Shown here one piece after another: positions 46,819-55,672 of a stretch of DNA of 64,000 nucleotides. Within the stretch, counting starts at the first letter, position 1; the number at the start of each line of letters is the position of its first letter. The position numbers were made by a program, and so were the translations under genes. The notes under the pieces were generated by a model. It saw only the letters and a list, made by a program, of their open reading frames with translations. It was not told the DNA's origin and searched no databases. This DNA comes from an uncultured Chitinophaga sp. (GTDB taxonomy: Bacteria > Bacteroidota > Bacteroidia > Bacteroidales > GCA-2748055). Where the stretch lies: positions 17,213-81,212 of the forward strand of contig CAYGFI010000001.1 of the NCBI GenBank assembly GCA_964349045.1, in the 5' to 3' direction.

Positions 46819-49125
46819 TTATTTTCTGAACTTTTGAGGAAATTCATCAGTCAGCCCCATTTCGTCCTGGTTAAGAGGGGCGAATCCATTTTTAAGAAGA
46901 GGGCTTGCCGGGTCAATTTGAAAATTACCATTTTCGGGATCAGCAAACATTGGATCTATAATCATTCCATTATTATCAATCCCTAATTTCCCGAGGGTGG
47001 AAAGTAATTCCCGCATTTCCGAAGAGTGATTTTTCCAATAATAGTAATTATGATCAACTACGCTATATCCGGTATCGTTCTTTGACAGATCTAACCTGAA
47101 AAAAGGGTTGCGATTCCCGTCATGCCAGATAAAATTACGCATGATCATACAATCCGTAAAACCCTGTGTTGTGTTCATATAATCAAAATAAAAATCGAGA
47201 TGTTTTCCCGGGTCTTCCATCAGACCCGATTCCCGGCATGAAGCAACGATGTTATTGTATGCCAGATTATTAGCACTACTGGCTATGCCGCCGGAAAATT
47301 TCCAGATAATATTGCCATAAACATAAGTGTTCATCTGGTATGCATCGGTGCGGATACCTACTCCCCAGGCTTCAGGCGTACTATGGATGAAATTATTCCT
47401 GATTACGTTAAAAGGACCTGTATCGCTGATGTAAATTCCATTTCCGTCGCCCAGAAACTTCATAACGTCGAATATCTCATTGTTCTCAATGATGTTCATC
47501 CGGTTGTGATTCATGTTAAAATAAGAAGCCACTGTCTGGAATTTATTTTGATTGTTAAATGCACCAACATTTTCACCAGGGATTCCTGTCAATGGTTCCC
47601 CTATTTCGTCCCAACGGATCGACTTTGAATTCTCACGTATATTCAGTCCAACAGAGAAGCTTCCAGGTCCACCATGCCAGTTGTAATTTATGAGGCTGTC
47701 GGTCCCATCGATAAAATTCTTTCTGGATTCATGCATGAACCAGGGCCTGTAGCCAGTAATTACCATACCTGAGTATGGCATTTTCGATATTTCATTATGA
47801 CTGATAAGGTTTTCGCTTGTCTGTGTTAGGATAATCGCAGAACTATGCCAGACAAGCCTGCTAGCATCAGTTATCCTGTTGTTGGTTATAATGTTCTTGG
47901 TGTTTACATCCTTTGTGCCAAGACCGTAACCACAAAGGAAAATACCTGTAGCCCCGATACCATGTATATAATTGTTTCTTACCGTTATGTTTTTACAGTA
48001 GAGGTCGAGGCGCACACCAGCACCTCCACCCGAAGAAAACTCGCACTCTTCTAAAACGCAATCTTCTGCTCCCCTGAAACGGAAAAAGGCATTGTCGGTA
48101 TCGAAAAGTTCCCAGTCGTGCTGAATACCTGCATCCGTATCCTTAAACACGTACCTGTCATTATGTTTGAATGAGATGCCCTTAAAAACCAGGTTCCTCA
48201 CAGGAATATCATTTCGTCCTTTTATATCATTGAATCCTTCAAGACGGATGAATTCCTGCAAAGTAGGAATCAGAACATCTTCCCCGGGGGCTTCCCCTTT
48301 AGGCCAGTAATACACTTTACCCAGTTTGCTGTTAATGCACCATGAGCCTGGTTCTGTCATACCTTCCATACAGTTTTCTATCCAGGCATGCTCTTCGGGA
48401 AAACGATCATACCGCTCGTTAGTAAGAAAATACGTCCCGTTTACACTGGTTTTAATGGAACGGTTTTTAAGATCGATCGATTCGATTGGGAGGTTATTCA
48501 TGGTCCACAAGCACCAGGGCCTGATCACCAGTTCCATGTCGCTGACGTTATCCCAGTTTTTCAGTTCAGCACGCTCATTCACATACATTACATTGAAAGA
48601 CCTCAGGGTTGACTGGCCATCTCTTCCGAAAGCGTCGATCCGGGATTTGAATCCTATACTTCTGGATCTCCGGAGCATTTCGTACCCGTCAAACAGGCTT
48701 CTTGGGACCTGCATTCCTGCAGGAAATGACGCCTCAAAGACCTTCCCCTTTGCTGCCTCAGGAAGTCCTTTAAGTTTTTTCGACCGGGTCCATCCCGAAA
48801 GTTTTACCCCCGAGGATAAAACCGGAGTTTCGCCGGGATATGCCTTCCAGGTGATCAGCTGATCTTTACTGCCCCCATACTCGAGTCCAAAAACAAGAGT
48901 TTTGTCAATAAAGTAAGTTCCTCCACGTAAAATGACGGTGATGTCCTCACTCCCACTCTTTTTTAATTCCCTTACCTTTTCCCGGGCTTTTTCGAGGGTT
49001 TTCAGGGGAGAGGATTCTGTTCCGGCAGCAGTGTTGTTGCCATTTGGCGAAACGTAGATAGTAGTTTGCGAATAGCCGGCTAAGGTAAATGCCCAAAGGA
49101 GAATAAACAGAATGAATGATTTCAT
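46819..49125 (-). CDS. Right-handed parallel beta-helix repeat protein, secreted (distant paralog of 3214-5259)
   Basis: Signal MKSFILFILLWAFTLAGYSQ. IYVSPNGNNTAAGTESSPLKTLEKA is the typical N-terminus of this family. Repeated turns include VRNNYIHG, ITNNRITD, ISHNEISKMPYSG, IENNEIFD and IRNNFIHS. The C-terminus has DPMFADPENGNFQI. Confidence 0.75.
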   Translation of the reverse strand: MKSFILFILLWAFTLAGYSQTTIYVSPNGNNTAAGTESSPLKTLEKAREKVRELKKSGSEDITVILRGGTYFIDKTLVFGLEYGGSKDQLITWKAYPGETPVLSSGVKLSGWTRSKKLKGLPEAAKGKVFEASFPAGMQVPRSLFDGYEMLRRSRSIGFKSRIDAFGRDGQSTLRSFNVMYVNERAELKNWDNVSDMELVIRPWCLWTMNNLPIESIDLKNRSIKTSVNGTYFLTNERYDRFPEEHAWIENCMEGMTEPGSWCINSKLGKVYYWPKGEAPGEDVLIPTLQEFIRLEGFNDIKGRNDIPVRNLVFKGISFKHNDRYVFKDTDAGIQHDWELFDTDNAFFRFRGAEDCVLEECEFSSGGGAGVRLDLYCKNITVRNNYIHGIGATGIFLCGYGLGTKDVNTKNIITNNRITDASRLVWHSSAIILTQTSENLISHNEISKMPYSGMVITGYRPWFMHESRKNFIDGTDSLINYNWHGGPGSFSVGLNIRENSKSIRWDEIGEPLTGIPGENVGAFNNQNKFQTVASYFNMNHNRMNIIENNEIFDVMKFLGDGNGIYISDTGPFNVIRNNFIHSTPEAWGVGIRTDAYQMNTYVYGNIIWKFSGGIASSANNLAYNNIVASCRESGLMEDPGKHLDFYFDYMNTTQGFTDCMIMRNFIWHDGNRNPFFRLDLSKNDTGYSVVDHNYYYWKNHSSEMRELLSTLGKLGIDNNGMIIDPMFADPENGNFQIDPASPLLKNGFAPLNQDEMGLTDEFPQKFRK

Positions 49126-49246
49126 GATTTGGATTATATTAATTGAAAAATATTTTTGTATAACACGTTTTGCTATTTAAAAATCTAATTATCAGAGTTT
49201 AATAACACTGTGCGTTGAATATAATAAAACAGAAGGTTTTATTCTG

Positions 49247-49274
49247 AAAATGTACTTATGAGTAAGGATAAAAA
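49247..49274 (-). promoter_or_regulatory. Conserved upstream motif (candidate promoter/operator), 122 nt upstream of the beta-helix gene 46819-49125
   Basis: The plus-strand aaaatgtacttaTGAGtaaggataa is the same motif as at 41213-41240. It is related to the cores at 60951-60980 and 63055-63080 (ttaatgtact..taagacatgata). Confidence 0.3.
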
Positions 49275-49375
49275 ATATTTACAATTCCTGTTTATTCATC
49301 TAATACGCCTTAATTAGGGTAATAATTTACAACAACGGGTGCGAAAGATTATCAATATTTATCCATTAAGTTTTA

Positions 49376-49384
49376 CCCCCCCCC
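49376..49384. repeat. C9 homopolymer inside a C-rich tract (ccccccccc aa cccc tctcc)
   Basis: Read directly at 49376-49384, followed by aacccctctcc. It lies in the 316-nt spacer between the ADH-like fragment and the start of 46819-49125. Confidence 0.9.
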
Positions 49385-49441
49385 AACCCCTCTCCGCATC
49401 ACGTGTGAGGTCTTATTTTTAAAAATATTTAAGCCATTAGA

Positions 49442-49675
49442 TTAAATATTGTATAATTGTATCAAAGGTTCTTTCTGAATGGGATCATTCAGTATGACAG
49501 AAATGTCTCTTGCTTCCATTTCGGGGAGTAAATCCGATATTGTTTCATGTACAGGGGAAGCAATGATACACAACAGATTTTTTATTTCAGATTTTTTCAG
49601 CCCATTCGGTAATTGCAGCAGGGAGCCTTCTCCAAATATTACCTTTCGGGATTGTATAATTGATATCTGCTTCAT
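49442..49675 (-). pseudogene. N-terminal fragment (77 aa) of an iron-containing alcohol dehydrogenase-like gene
   Basis: MKQISIIQSRKVIFGEGSLLQLPNGLKKSEIKNLLCIIASPVHETI...RDISVILNDPIQKEP follows the N-terminal pattern of Fe-ADH proteins (..i.fG.g.l..l......k..liv......). The ORF stops after 77 codons, whereas the family is about 380 aa. Confidence 0.45.
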
Positions 49676-49678
49676 GAT

Positions 49679-50875
49679 TCATGGTTTCCATATAGTTGCA
49701 GCAATATGACCCTGGGGGTTTTCCTTTGTTGCCCAGTAATACATGGCCACGAGATTATTTTTATGGTTTGTAACCAGACGGGGATATCCCATATCCGAAC
49801 TGTTGTCCTTGCCCCGTTGAAAATCGTCACGCACCACCAGTTCGTCGCCCCAGGTCTTGCCACCATCGGAACTAATTCTTGCCTTTATTTTTGCCGTCCT
49901 CCGGTCGCCATAGGCACAAGCTATCCTGCCGTCTTTGAGCGCCACCAATGCCGGAGGATTTCCGTTCTGCATCGCGCCGCCAGTTTCACCTACGCGGCTC
50001 AGAAAGCTCCAGGTTTTTCCGTTATCTGCAGAACCATAGGCATCCACGTGTCCCGCCATGAAATCCACTCCGCCTTCGTCTCTTTCAGGCCTATTGGCAC
50101 GGACAGTCGCTACGATGGAACCATCCTTCAGACGGCATACCGCAGGCATGACGGCGCGGAATTGACCGCTAATCGGCGCGATCCAGGAGACAAAGTGGAA
50201 TGACTTCCCGCCATCGGTGGTTTCCGCGACGTAGGATTTGTCCCAATTATCAATAAACTGGGGCGCGTTGGCTTTATTCTTGTCAATGGGCCGGGCTGAC
50301 ATGAAGATCAGACAGGATTTGGGGCCGGTCACGAGATAGCCGGTTCGGGAGGTGCATTCCGTTCCTGCAAGATTCGGGTCTTCCATCAGACCGTTGAAAC
50401 GATAGGGGCCATGCCAGTTCTTGCCCTTGTCATCCGAAACAAAGAAGGATCCCACCTTGTCAGTCGACCCATGATAACCATCGGCCATCACCCGCATCGC
50501 AAAACCCGGAACTTCAAAGTTGATCTCTCCCGGCGAAGCGACTGGCGGGGCACTATTCCCAACGAAATTTGACGGTTCTTCCGTGGCCCATGTCATTCCG
50601 CCGTCGGTGCTTCGTGCCAGGTGGTTATGGCGGTTCGTTGGTGCGATGTTGTGGCCATCCGTTTCTATAAACGGTCCTTTGGTGAAGCCAACCAGGATTT
50701 CTTTTCCATCGTTCCATGTCCAAACGCCGCTGTTGGCAGGCCAGCCTGCAAACGAACCCGGCTCAGCGAAAACAACAACATTTTTTGTACTTTTAACCGA
50801 AACCTCATTAGTGTTTGTAAAGCCAGCAGCCAATAGAGCTGCAATAATCAATGTCAGAGCTACTTTTTTTATCAT
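49679..50875 (-). CDS. BNR/Asp-box beta-propeller protein (sialidase-like superfamily), GC-rich
   Basis: Five Asp-box-like motifs: STDGGMTWA, SDDKGKNWH, TTDGGKSFH, SADNGKTWS and SSDGGKTWG. Signal peptide MIKKVALTLIIAALLAAG. 38/60 GC in line 50101-50160. Confidence 0.75.
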   Translation of the reverse strand: MIKKVALTLIIAALLAAGFTNTNEVSVKSTKNVVVFAEPGSFAGWPANSGVWTWNDGKEILVGFTKGPFIETDGHNIAPTNRHNHLARSTDGGMTWATEEPSNFVGNSAPPVASPGEINFEVPGFAMRVMADGYHGSTDKVGSFFVSDDKGKNWHGPYRFNGLMEDPNLAGTECTSRTGYLVTGPKSCLIFMSARPIDKNKANAPQFIDNWDKSYVAETTDGGKSFHFVSWIAPISGQFRAVMPAVCRLKDGSIVATVRANRPERDEGGVDFMAGHVDAYGSADNGKTWSFLSRVGETGGAMQNGNPPALVALKDGRIACAYGDRRTAKIKARISSDGGKTWGDELVVRDDFQRGKDNSSDMGYPRLVTNHKNNLVAMYYWATKENPQGHIAATIWKP

Positions 50876-50984
50876 TTTATATTCCTCTTTAATAGTGAAA
50901 CTAAATATCCAAATTGAATTTTAAAAGCTGGTTTTAATAACGGCAACGAGACAAAAGTTATTTAATCATGGCCAATTAACCAAG

Positions 50985-53984
50985 CTATCGTAAAATCAGC
51001 TTTTCGATGACCGTTTTCTCTTCTGATTTTACTTTCACGATGTACATTCCGGAAGGATCGGTTACCTGTATCCGTTCAAAGGTCGAAGTAAGGTTCTTGT
51101 GAATAATTTTCTTACCGTCAAGGTTATATACTTTCACCTGATTGAACATTCCAATACCTGAGGTTCTGATACAGATGGTTTTGCCTTCGGCGTAGATGTT
51201 CAGTAGCTCGTTCGGGGTTTTTTCCATACCGGTGATCAGGTTGAATACAATCTTATAGGTAGTCATAGAGATGTTGTCTTCAGCGAGTACATTCACCGTA
51301 GCCGTTCTTTGTGCCTCAGTTCCCTGGAGGTTCTCAGCCTGTGTAAGGGTGACTGTTGCTCCTTCAAAATTCGCGATAGCAACTACCAAAGGAACAGGTG
51401 GTATTGAAACATTGCCATCCACATCCACTACATACGACAGCACGGCGGGATCAAATCCCCGGACCGTAGTGCTATCCACAGTAAGGTCTGCCAGGGTGGC
51501 ATCGCTGGAGTATTCATGACTGGTGATCAGTTTGAATATAAGCTTATAGGTAGTCATAGAAATCTTGTCTTCAGCGAGTACATTCACCGTAGCCGTTCTC
51601 TGTGCCTCAGTTCCCTGAAGGTTCTCAGCCTGAGTCACGGTGACCGTTGCTCCTTCAAAATTCGCGATGGCAGCTACCACTGGAACAGGTGGTATCGAAA
51701 CTATGCCATCCACATCCACTACATACGACAGCACGGCGGGATCAAATCCCCGGACCGTAGTGCTATCCACAGTAAGGTCTGCCAGGGTGGCATCGCTGGA
51801 GTATTCATGACTGGTGATCAGTTTGAATATAAGCTTATAGGTAGTCATAGAAATCTTGTCTTCAGCGAGTACATTCACCGTAGCCGTTCTCTGTGCCTCA
51901 GTTCCCTGAAGGTTCTCAGCCTGAGTCACGGTGACCGTTGCTCCTTCAAAATTCGCGATGGCAGCTACCACTGGAACAGGTGGTATCGAAACTATGCCAT
52001 CCACATCCACTACATAAGACAGCACGGCGGGATCAAATCCCCGGACCGTAGTGTCATTCACAGTAAGGTCTGTCAGGGAAGCATCGCTGGAGAATTCATG
52101 AATTGCGATTATGACCCGTTGCACCTGGAATACCGCCGGGGTTGAGGACGGCTCGTCGGCGGCGGGATTCACAGCAGTACTTTCGCCTTTTTCGCGCCAC
52201 AGGCCGTCCCAGCTCGGGGTACCGGCAGATGTAGACACATCGTCGCCGAACACGCGGTAGGTGCCGGTGCGTAGCGACAGCCGATGCAGGGTCCTAGCGC
52301 TGGTCTCGGCCGTGGCCAGTACCCGCGGCGCACTGCCGTTCACCTGCACACTGTAGCGTCCTGCCGCCGCATCAGCGGCGATGACCAGAGAGAGTTTATT
52401 GCCCGACGTGTAATTACCAAGGTCGGTCATGATCTTACCGTCCGCCGCCTGAACCCGGCCGGTTTCGGTCAACACGACGCGCACGGGCCGGCGGCCGGAG
52501 GAATCACACAGCTCGATCTCCAGCCGGCCCTTTGTCTGGGCTGGTGTCAATTCCAATTCGGCTCGGACCTTCGCCGATTCCGGAAACACGCGCACGGCAC
52601 GGGCATAGTCGAAGGGATCACCATCGCGCAGTTCCAGGCTGCGTTTCCCGGCGTTCTCCACGACCGTAACCGGCGCCCACTTCGGGTTGTAAAGATTCCA
52701 TCCCGGCACAACACCACCGGGCGTGGCATTCGCAAAATCGTCTGTTGGAAACTCGGTCTCGTCCGGCTTGATCGGCAGCGAGATCCGCGACACCCAGATG
52801 TCTTCCTTGGCAACGCTGTAGATCATCCACATTGCCTGCCTGTCGGCGAACGTTCCGTCATCGGCCCACTCTGCCAACCCGCGCATGTATTGCGGACCGA
52901 AAACCTTCCACTGGCCCCCATAGCGAATCTTAGATACTTCGCCATGGACCACCCTCATGTCCCGGAATACCTGCCCATCATCGCCGTGAACTATGGCCAG
53001 GGGGTAACGCATGACTCGTTTCGGGTTGGGATTGTAGACGAGAGCATACCGGCTGTCGGTAGTTCTTTGCCCCCAGATCTTCCCCGAACCGGCAAACAGC
53101 GTCGGTGGCTGCATCGGCCGTTGTGGCCAGGTAGCGCCGTTATCGTCCGACAGCGACTCCCAGCCCATCTTGCTCAACCCGACCAGGGTACTATCCTGGC
53201 GGTGGTAGAAACAGAAAGCTTTACCGTACTGCCAAAAGCCCTTGCTTAGCTCCGGATCGTCATGCCAAGGTATTTTGTTCGTGCCAAGGTACACACCATA
53301 GTCCTGTTGCTCAAGCAACAGGTTGTTCTCCGCGGCTTCACGGCAAGCCGCCACAAAACCGGCATCTGTGGCCGTTTCGAAGGAAGATGGCGGGGAGTAT
53401 TGGGGTGTACTGGTCAAAAGGTTAAGCAGGGTGAATACCTCGCCCAGCTGGTGATCCGCCGTGATTTCCCTGACCAGCAGGATCGATTTCCCAACTTCGC
53501 CTACGGTGGCAGCTTTATACTTGAAGGCGGTGAAAGCCAGCATCCGATCGTTGGTGGCACGGTAGAAATAGAAACGGGCGGCCAAAACAATGTTGCGCGG
53601 GAAAAGATCCGCAGGCGCGGACCAGTGAAAGCCATCCGTAGAGGTCGCATAGACCACCTTATAAGGTCCTTCGTCCTCATGCTTCGGCTGCATGTCCCAA
53701 GCGGCATAGAGCCGGCCTTTCCAGACGGCCAGATCCGGGTGGTGGGAGTAAGTCCAGCCGTCGCCGTCGGCCAGTTCCGGCTTGTTGAGACATGCGCGCA
53801 TGATCTGGATGTTCTGCACGCCGACCACGGGTTTCAGCCCGCCGTCGGGCAACTGCATATTGATGCGGTTTATCTCCTCCCCTCGCACCTCGATCGGCAG
53901 AAGTGTATCCGGAGAAGCTGGCTGCGAAAAAGCAAAGGCTGATCCTGCCAGCAGTACAATGAATGATAGTAATATTTTATTCAT
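50985..53984 (-). CDS. 999-aa T9SS-secreted protein: BNR-like N-terminal region, jelly-roll-like middle, 3x 97-aa cadherin-like repeats, Por C-terminal sorting domain
   Basis: Signal MNKILLSFIVLLAGSAFAFSQ. Asp-boxes are STDGFHWS and SDDNGATWP. There are three tandem units of HE[FY]SSDA.L.DLTV..TTVRGFDPAVLSYVVDVDG...TTYK. The C-terminus VKVYNLDGKKIIHKNL...GMYIVKVKSEEKTVIEKLILR is T9SS-CTD-like. Confidence 0.8.
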   Translation of the reverse strand: MNKILLSFIVLLAGSAFAFSQPASPDTLLPIEVRGEEINRINMQLPDGGLKPVVGVQNIQIMRACLNKPELADGDGWTYSHHPDLAVWKGRLYAAWDMQPKHEDEGPYKVVYATSTDGFHWSAPADLFPRNIVLAARFYFYRATNDRMLAFTAFKYKAATVGEVGKSILLVREITADHQLGEVFTLLNLLTSTPQYSPPSSFETATDAGFVAACREAAENNLLLEQQDYGVYLGTNKIPWHDDPELSKGFWQYGKAFCFYHRQDSTLVGLSKMGWESLSDDNGATWPQRPMQPPTLFAGSGKIWGQRTTDSRYALVYNPNPKRVMRYPLAIVHGDDGQVFRDMRVVHGEVSKIRYGGQWKVFGPQYMRGLAEWADDGTFADRQAMWMIYSVAKEDIWVSRISLPIKPDETEFPTDDFANATPGGVVPGWNLYNPKWAPVTVVENAGKRSLELRDGDPFDYARAVRVFPESAKVRAELELTPAQTKGRLEIELCDSSGRRPVRVVLTETGRVQAADGKIMTDLGNYTSGNKLSLVIAADAAAGRYSVQVNGSAPRVLATAETSARTLHRLSLRTGTYRVFGDDVSTSAGTPSWDGLWREKGESTAVNPAADEPSSTPAVFQVQRVIIAIHEFSSDASLTDLTVNDTTVRGFDPAVLSYVVDVDGIVSIPPVPVVAAIANFEGATVTVTQAENLQGTEAQRTATVNVLAEDKISMTTYKLIFKLITSHEYSSDATLADLTVDSTTVRGFDPAVLSYVVDVDGIVSIPPVPVVAAIANFEGATVTVTQAENLQGTEAQRTATVNVLAEDKISMTTYKLIFKLITSHEYSSDATLADLTVDSTTVRGFDPAVLSYVVDVDGNVSIPPVPLVVAIANFEGATVTLTQAENLQGTEAQRTATVNVLAEDNISMTTYKIVFNLITGMEKTPNELLNIYAEGKTICIRTSGIGMFNQVKVYNLDGKKIIHKNLTSTFERIQVTDPSGMYIVKVKSEEKTVIEKLILR
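51220..52092. repeat. Three in-frame 291-bp tandem repeats (coding, 97 aa each)
   Basis: The string tattcatgac at 51511 recurs at 51802 (period 291). A diverged unit is aligned at 51220, and the next boundary is at 52093. Units 51511-51801 and 51802-52092 are identical over about the first 215 nt. The unit at 51220-51510 is more diverged. Confidence 0.9.
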
Positions 53985-54414
53985 CTAAATAAATGATTTT
54001 GTTAGTAAAATAGAATCCTGATTTTCTCAGAGATTTACAAAACATATGATTATGTAATCCTGATCTTTAATACTGAATCATTTGTTTTAGTTCTTGTACT
54101 GGAAAGAATTCATTTTTTTTGATGCATAAAAAGTGCTTTACCCTAAATTGCGCATGTTTGATTCTGTCTTAGACGCTAATATGCAAAATTCAATTCTCTG
54201 ACTCATGGACTCATGATACTTTGTTCTTTGAAAGGCATGGCTTTTTTTTCATAAATTTACCTTTCTTAACTGTATACCATGTGTGTAGCCCCTTGTATAC
54301 TATCTGTGTAGTTCATACAGGAGGGTTGGGAGGGGCATATACAAAAATGATCCCTTTATTTTTAAATGTCATATAGCTCAAGCCAAATGGAAACTTTGCA
54401 TACAACAAAAAATT

Positions 54415-55644
54415 TCATTGCCCGGAATACTTATCATACTTACCACTCATAACCTCCTTAACCGCCTCCAGATAACCATAGCCCCACCGCATGTCGGGTT
54501 CAAGATAACTGCCCTCAATCCATTCATTCCATGCATTGATAATAATCAGTTTTGGTTGCTCAGGATGGATATCGGCATATTCTTTTGCCTTAATAAGATA
54601 AGCGGCAAAACTCTCAGGAGAGTTGTTTATATGAATTACTGATTCCTTTCCTTTATCAGGGTAACGTGGAGTATTATCCCATCCGATAGAAACGTTTGGG
54701 AAAAAGGGTATGGTCAGTATCGAGTCCCATTTACGCTGTATTGCCATTGAGTTCTCAGCCCATTTAATATAGTCCTCCATCAGCCTGTCTGACCAGTTAT
54801 ATTTTGTTATACTATTGATACCAAGAATTGAAATAACTTCATTCATGGTTTTGCCTTCCGCATACTTTTCTCCGATAAGGTAAGTTGTTCCTTTCCCTCC
54901 ATGTCCTACCAGCTGAATATGCAGACCCGGGAAACCGGCTTTTTTGACCTCATCCCTGAAATAATCCAGGGCTTTTTTTGTTTCCTCAAGATTGCCGAAG
55001 CTTTTTACCAGATTATCCAGGATGATAATTGAAAATACAGGTTCATCATTGATCCTGAAATAATTTGGCTGGCTGAAGTATTTGTTTATAACCCTGTCAA
55101 CTATTTTTTTATAGTTATCCCAATCCACAGTTCCAGTCCAGATTAGAGAATCGGTAGGGTACCGGTATGAGTTCAATAAGTTTCCGGGAATATTCATATT
55201 TGCCCACAAAATGTAAAAATTCATTTTATCTTTATTCCTGGCTTTCAGGAATCCTTCATCCAGGGCTTCCTCCAGGAATGGTTTTCCGTCATACCAGTAC
55301 CAGTCATAGATAAAAACATTTACTCCATGATCCGTGGCAGCATCAATTTTTTTCTCGACAGCAAGAGGATCATCATCCATAACATATCCCCATAAAGGCA
55401 CATGGGGTTGATAATGCCCGTCAAAACGAGGATTGCCTTTTTTTATCATCTCCCATTCTCCAATTCCTTCTCCCCATAAAACCTCCCGACTCATGGGCTC
55501 ATCATGACATGAAGGCCAGACATATGCTGCCACATAATAATCATTCCTGGGATTTGAAGTTCCGGAGTTTTGGCTTGAATTTTTACAACCAGATAAATTT
55601 ATAAGGACTAACAGGTATAACAGTATGAATTTGGTATTTTTCAT
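54415..55644 (-). CDS. WbsX-like (Glyco_tran_WbsX-type) TIM-barrel lipoprotein; in this context more plausibly a glycoside hydrolase
   Basis: ORF 54415-55761. The ATG at 55644 gives MKNTKFILLYLLVLINLSGC (lipobox). YVAAYVWPSCHDEPMSREVLWGEGIGEWEMIKKGNPRFDGHYQPHVPLWGY and HGVNVFIYDWYWYDGKPFLE follow the WbsX-family N-terminal pattern as I remember it (F.P...e...WG.GftEW......P.F.GHYQPh.P, then y.YW). Confidence 0.6.
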   Translation of the reverse strand: MKNTKFILLYLLVLINLSGCKNSSQNSGTSNPRNDYYVAAYVWPSCHDEPMSREVLWGEGIGEWEMIKKGNPRFDGHYQPHVPLWGYVMDDDPLAVEKKIDAATDHGVNVFIYDWYWYDGKPFLEEALDEGFLKARNKDKMNFYILWANMNIPGNLLNSYRYPTDSLIWTGTVDWDNYKKIVDRVINKYFSQPNYFRINDEPVFSIIILDNLVKSFGNLEETKKALDYFRDEVKKAGFPGLHIQLVGHGGKGTTYLIGEKYAEGKTMNEVISILGINSITKYNWSDRLMEDYIKWAENSMAIQRKWDSILTIPFFPNVSIGWDNTPRYPDKGKESVIHINNSPESFAAYLIKAKEYADIHPEQPKLIIINAWNEWIEGSYLEPDMRWGYGYLEAVKEVMSGKYDKYSGQ

Positions 55645-55672
55645 AAATCCATTATAAGCAATTAAATCCCTC

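Noticed and set aside
51220-52092. Diversity-generating retroelement (template/variable repeat) interpretation of the near-identical repeats
   Set aside because: There is no reverse transcriptase gene in the window. The few mismatches between units are not restricted to adenine positions. The repeats are contiguous in-frame domain duplications.
51516-53942. Long plus-strand ORFs (51516-52145, 209 aa; 52284-53249, 321 aa; 53262-53942, 226 aa) antisense to the 999-aa gene
   Set aside because: The minus strand encodes a coherent protein with a signal peptide, Asp-boxes, repeats and a T9SS tail. The antisense products are Arg/Gly/Pro/His-rich and low in complexity, as expected from stop-poor frames in ~65-70% GC DNA. 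One of them merely mirrors the 291-bp repeat.
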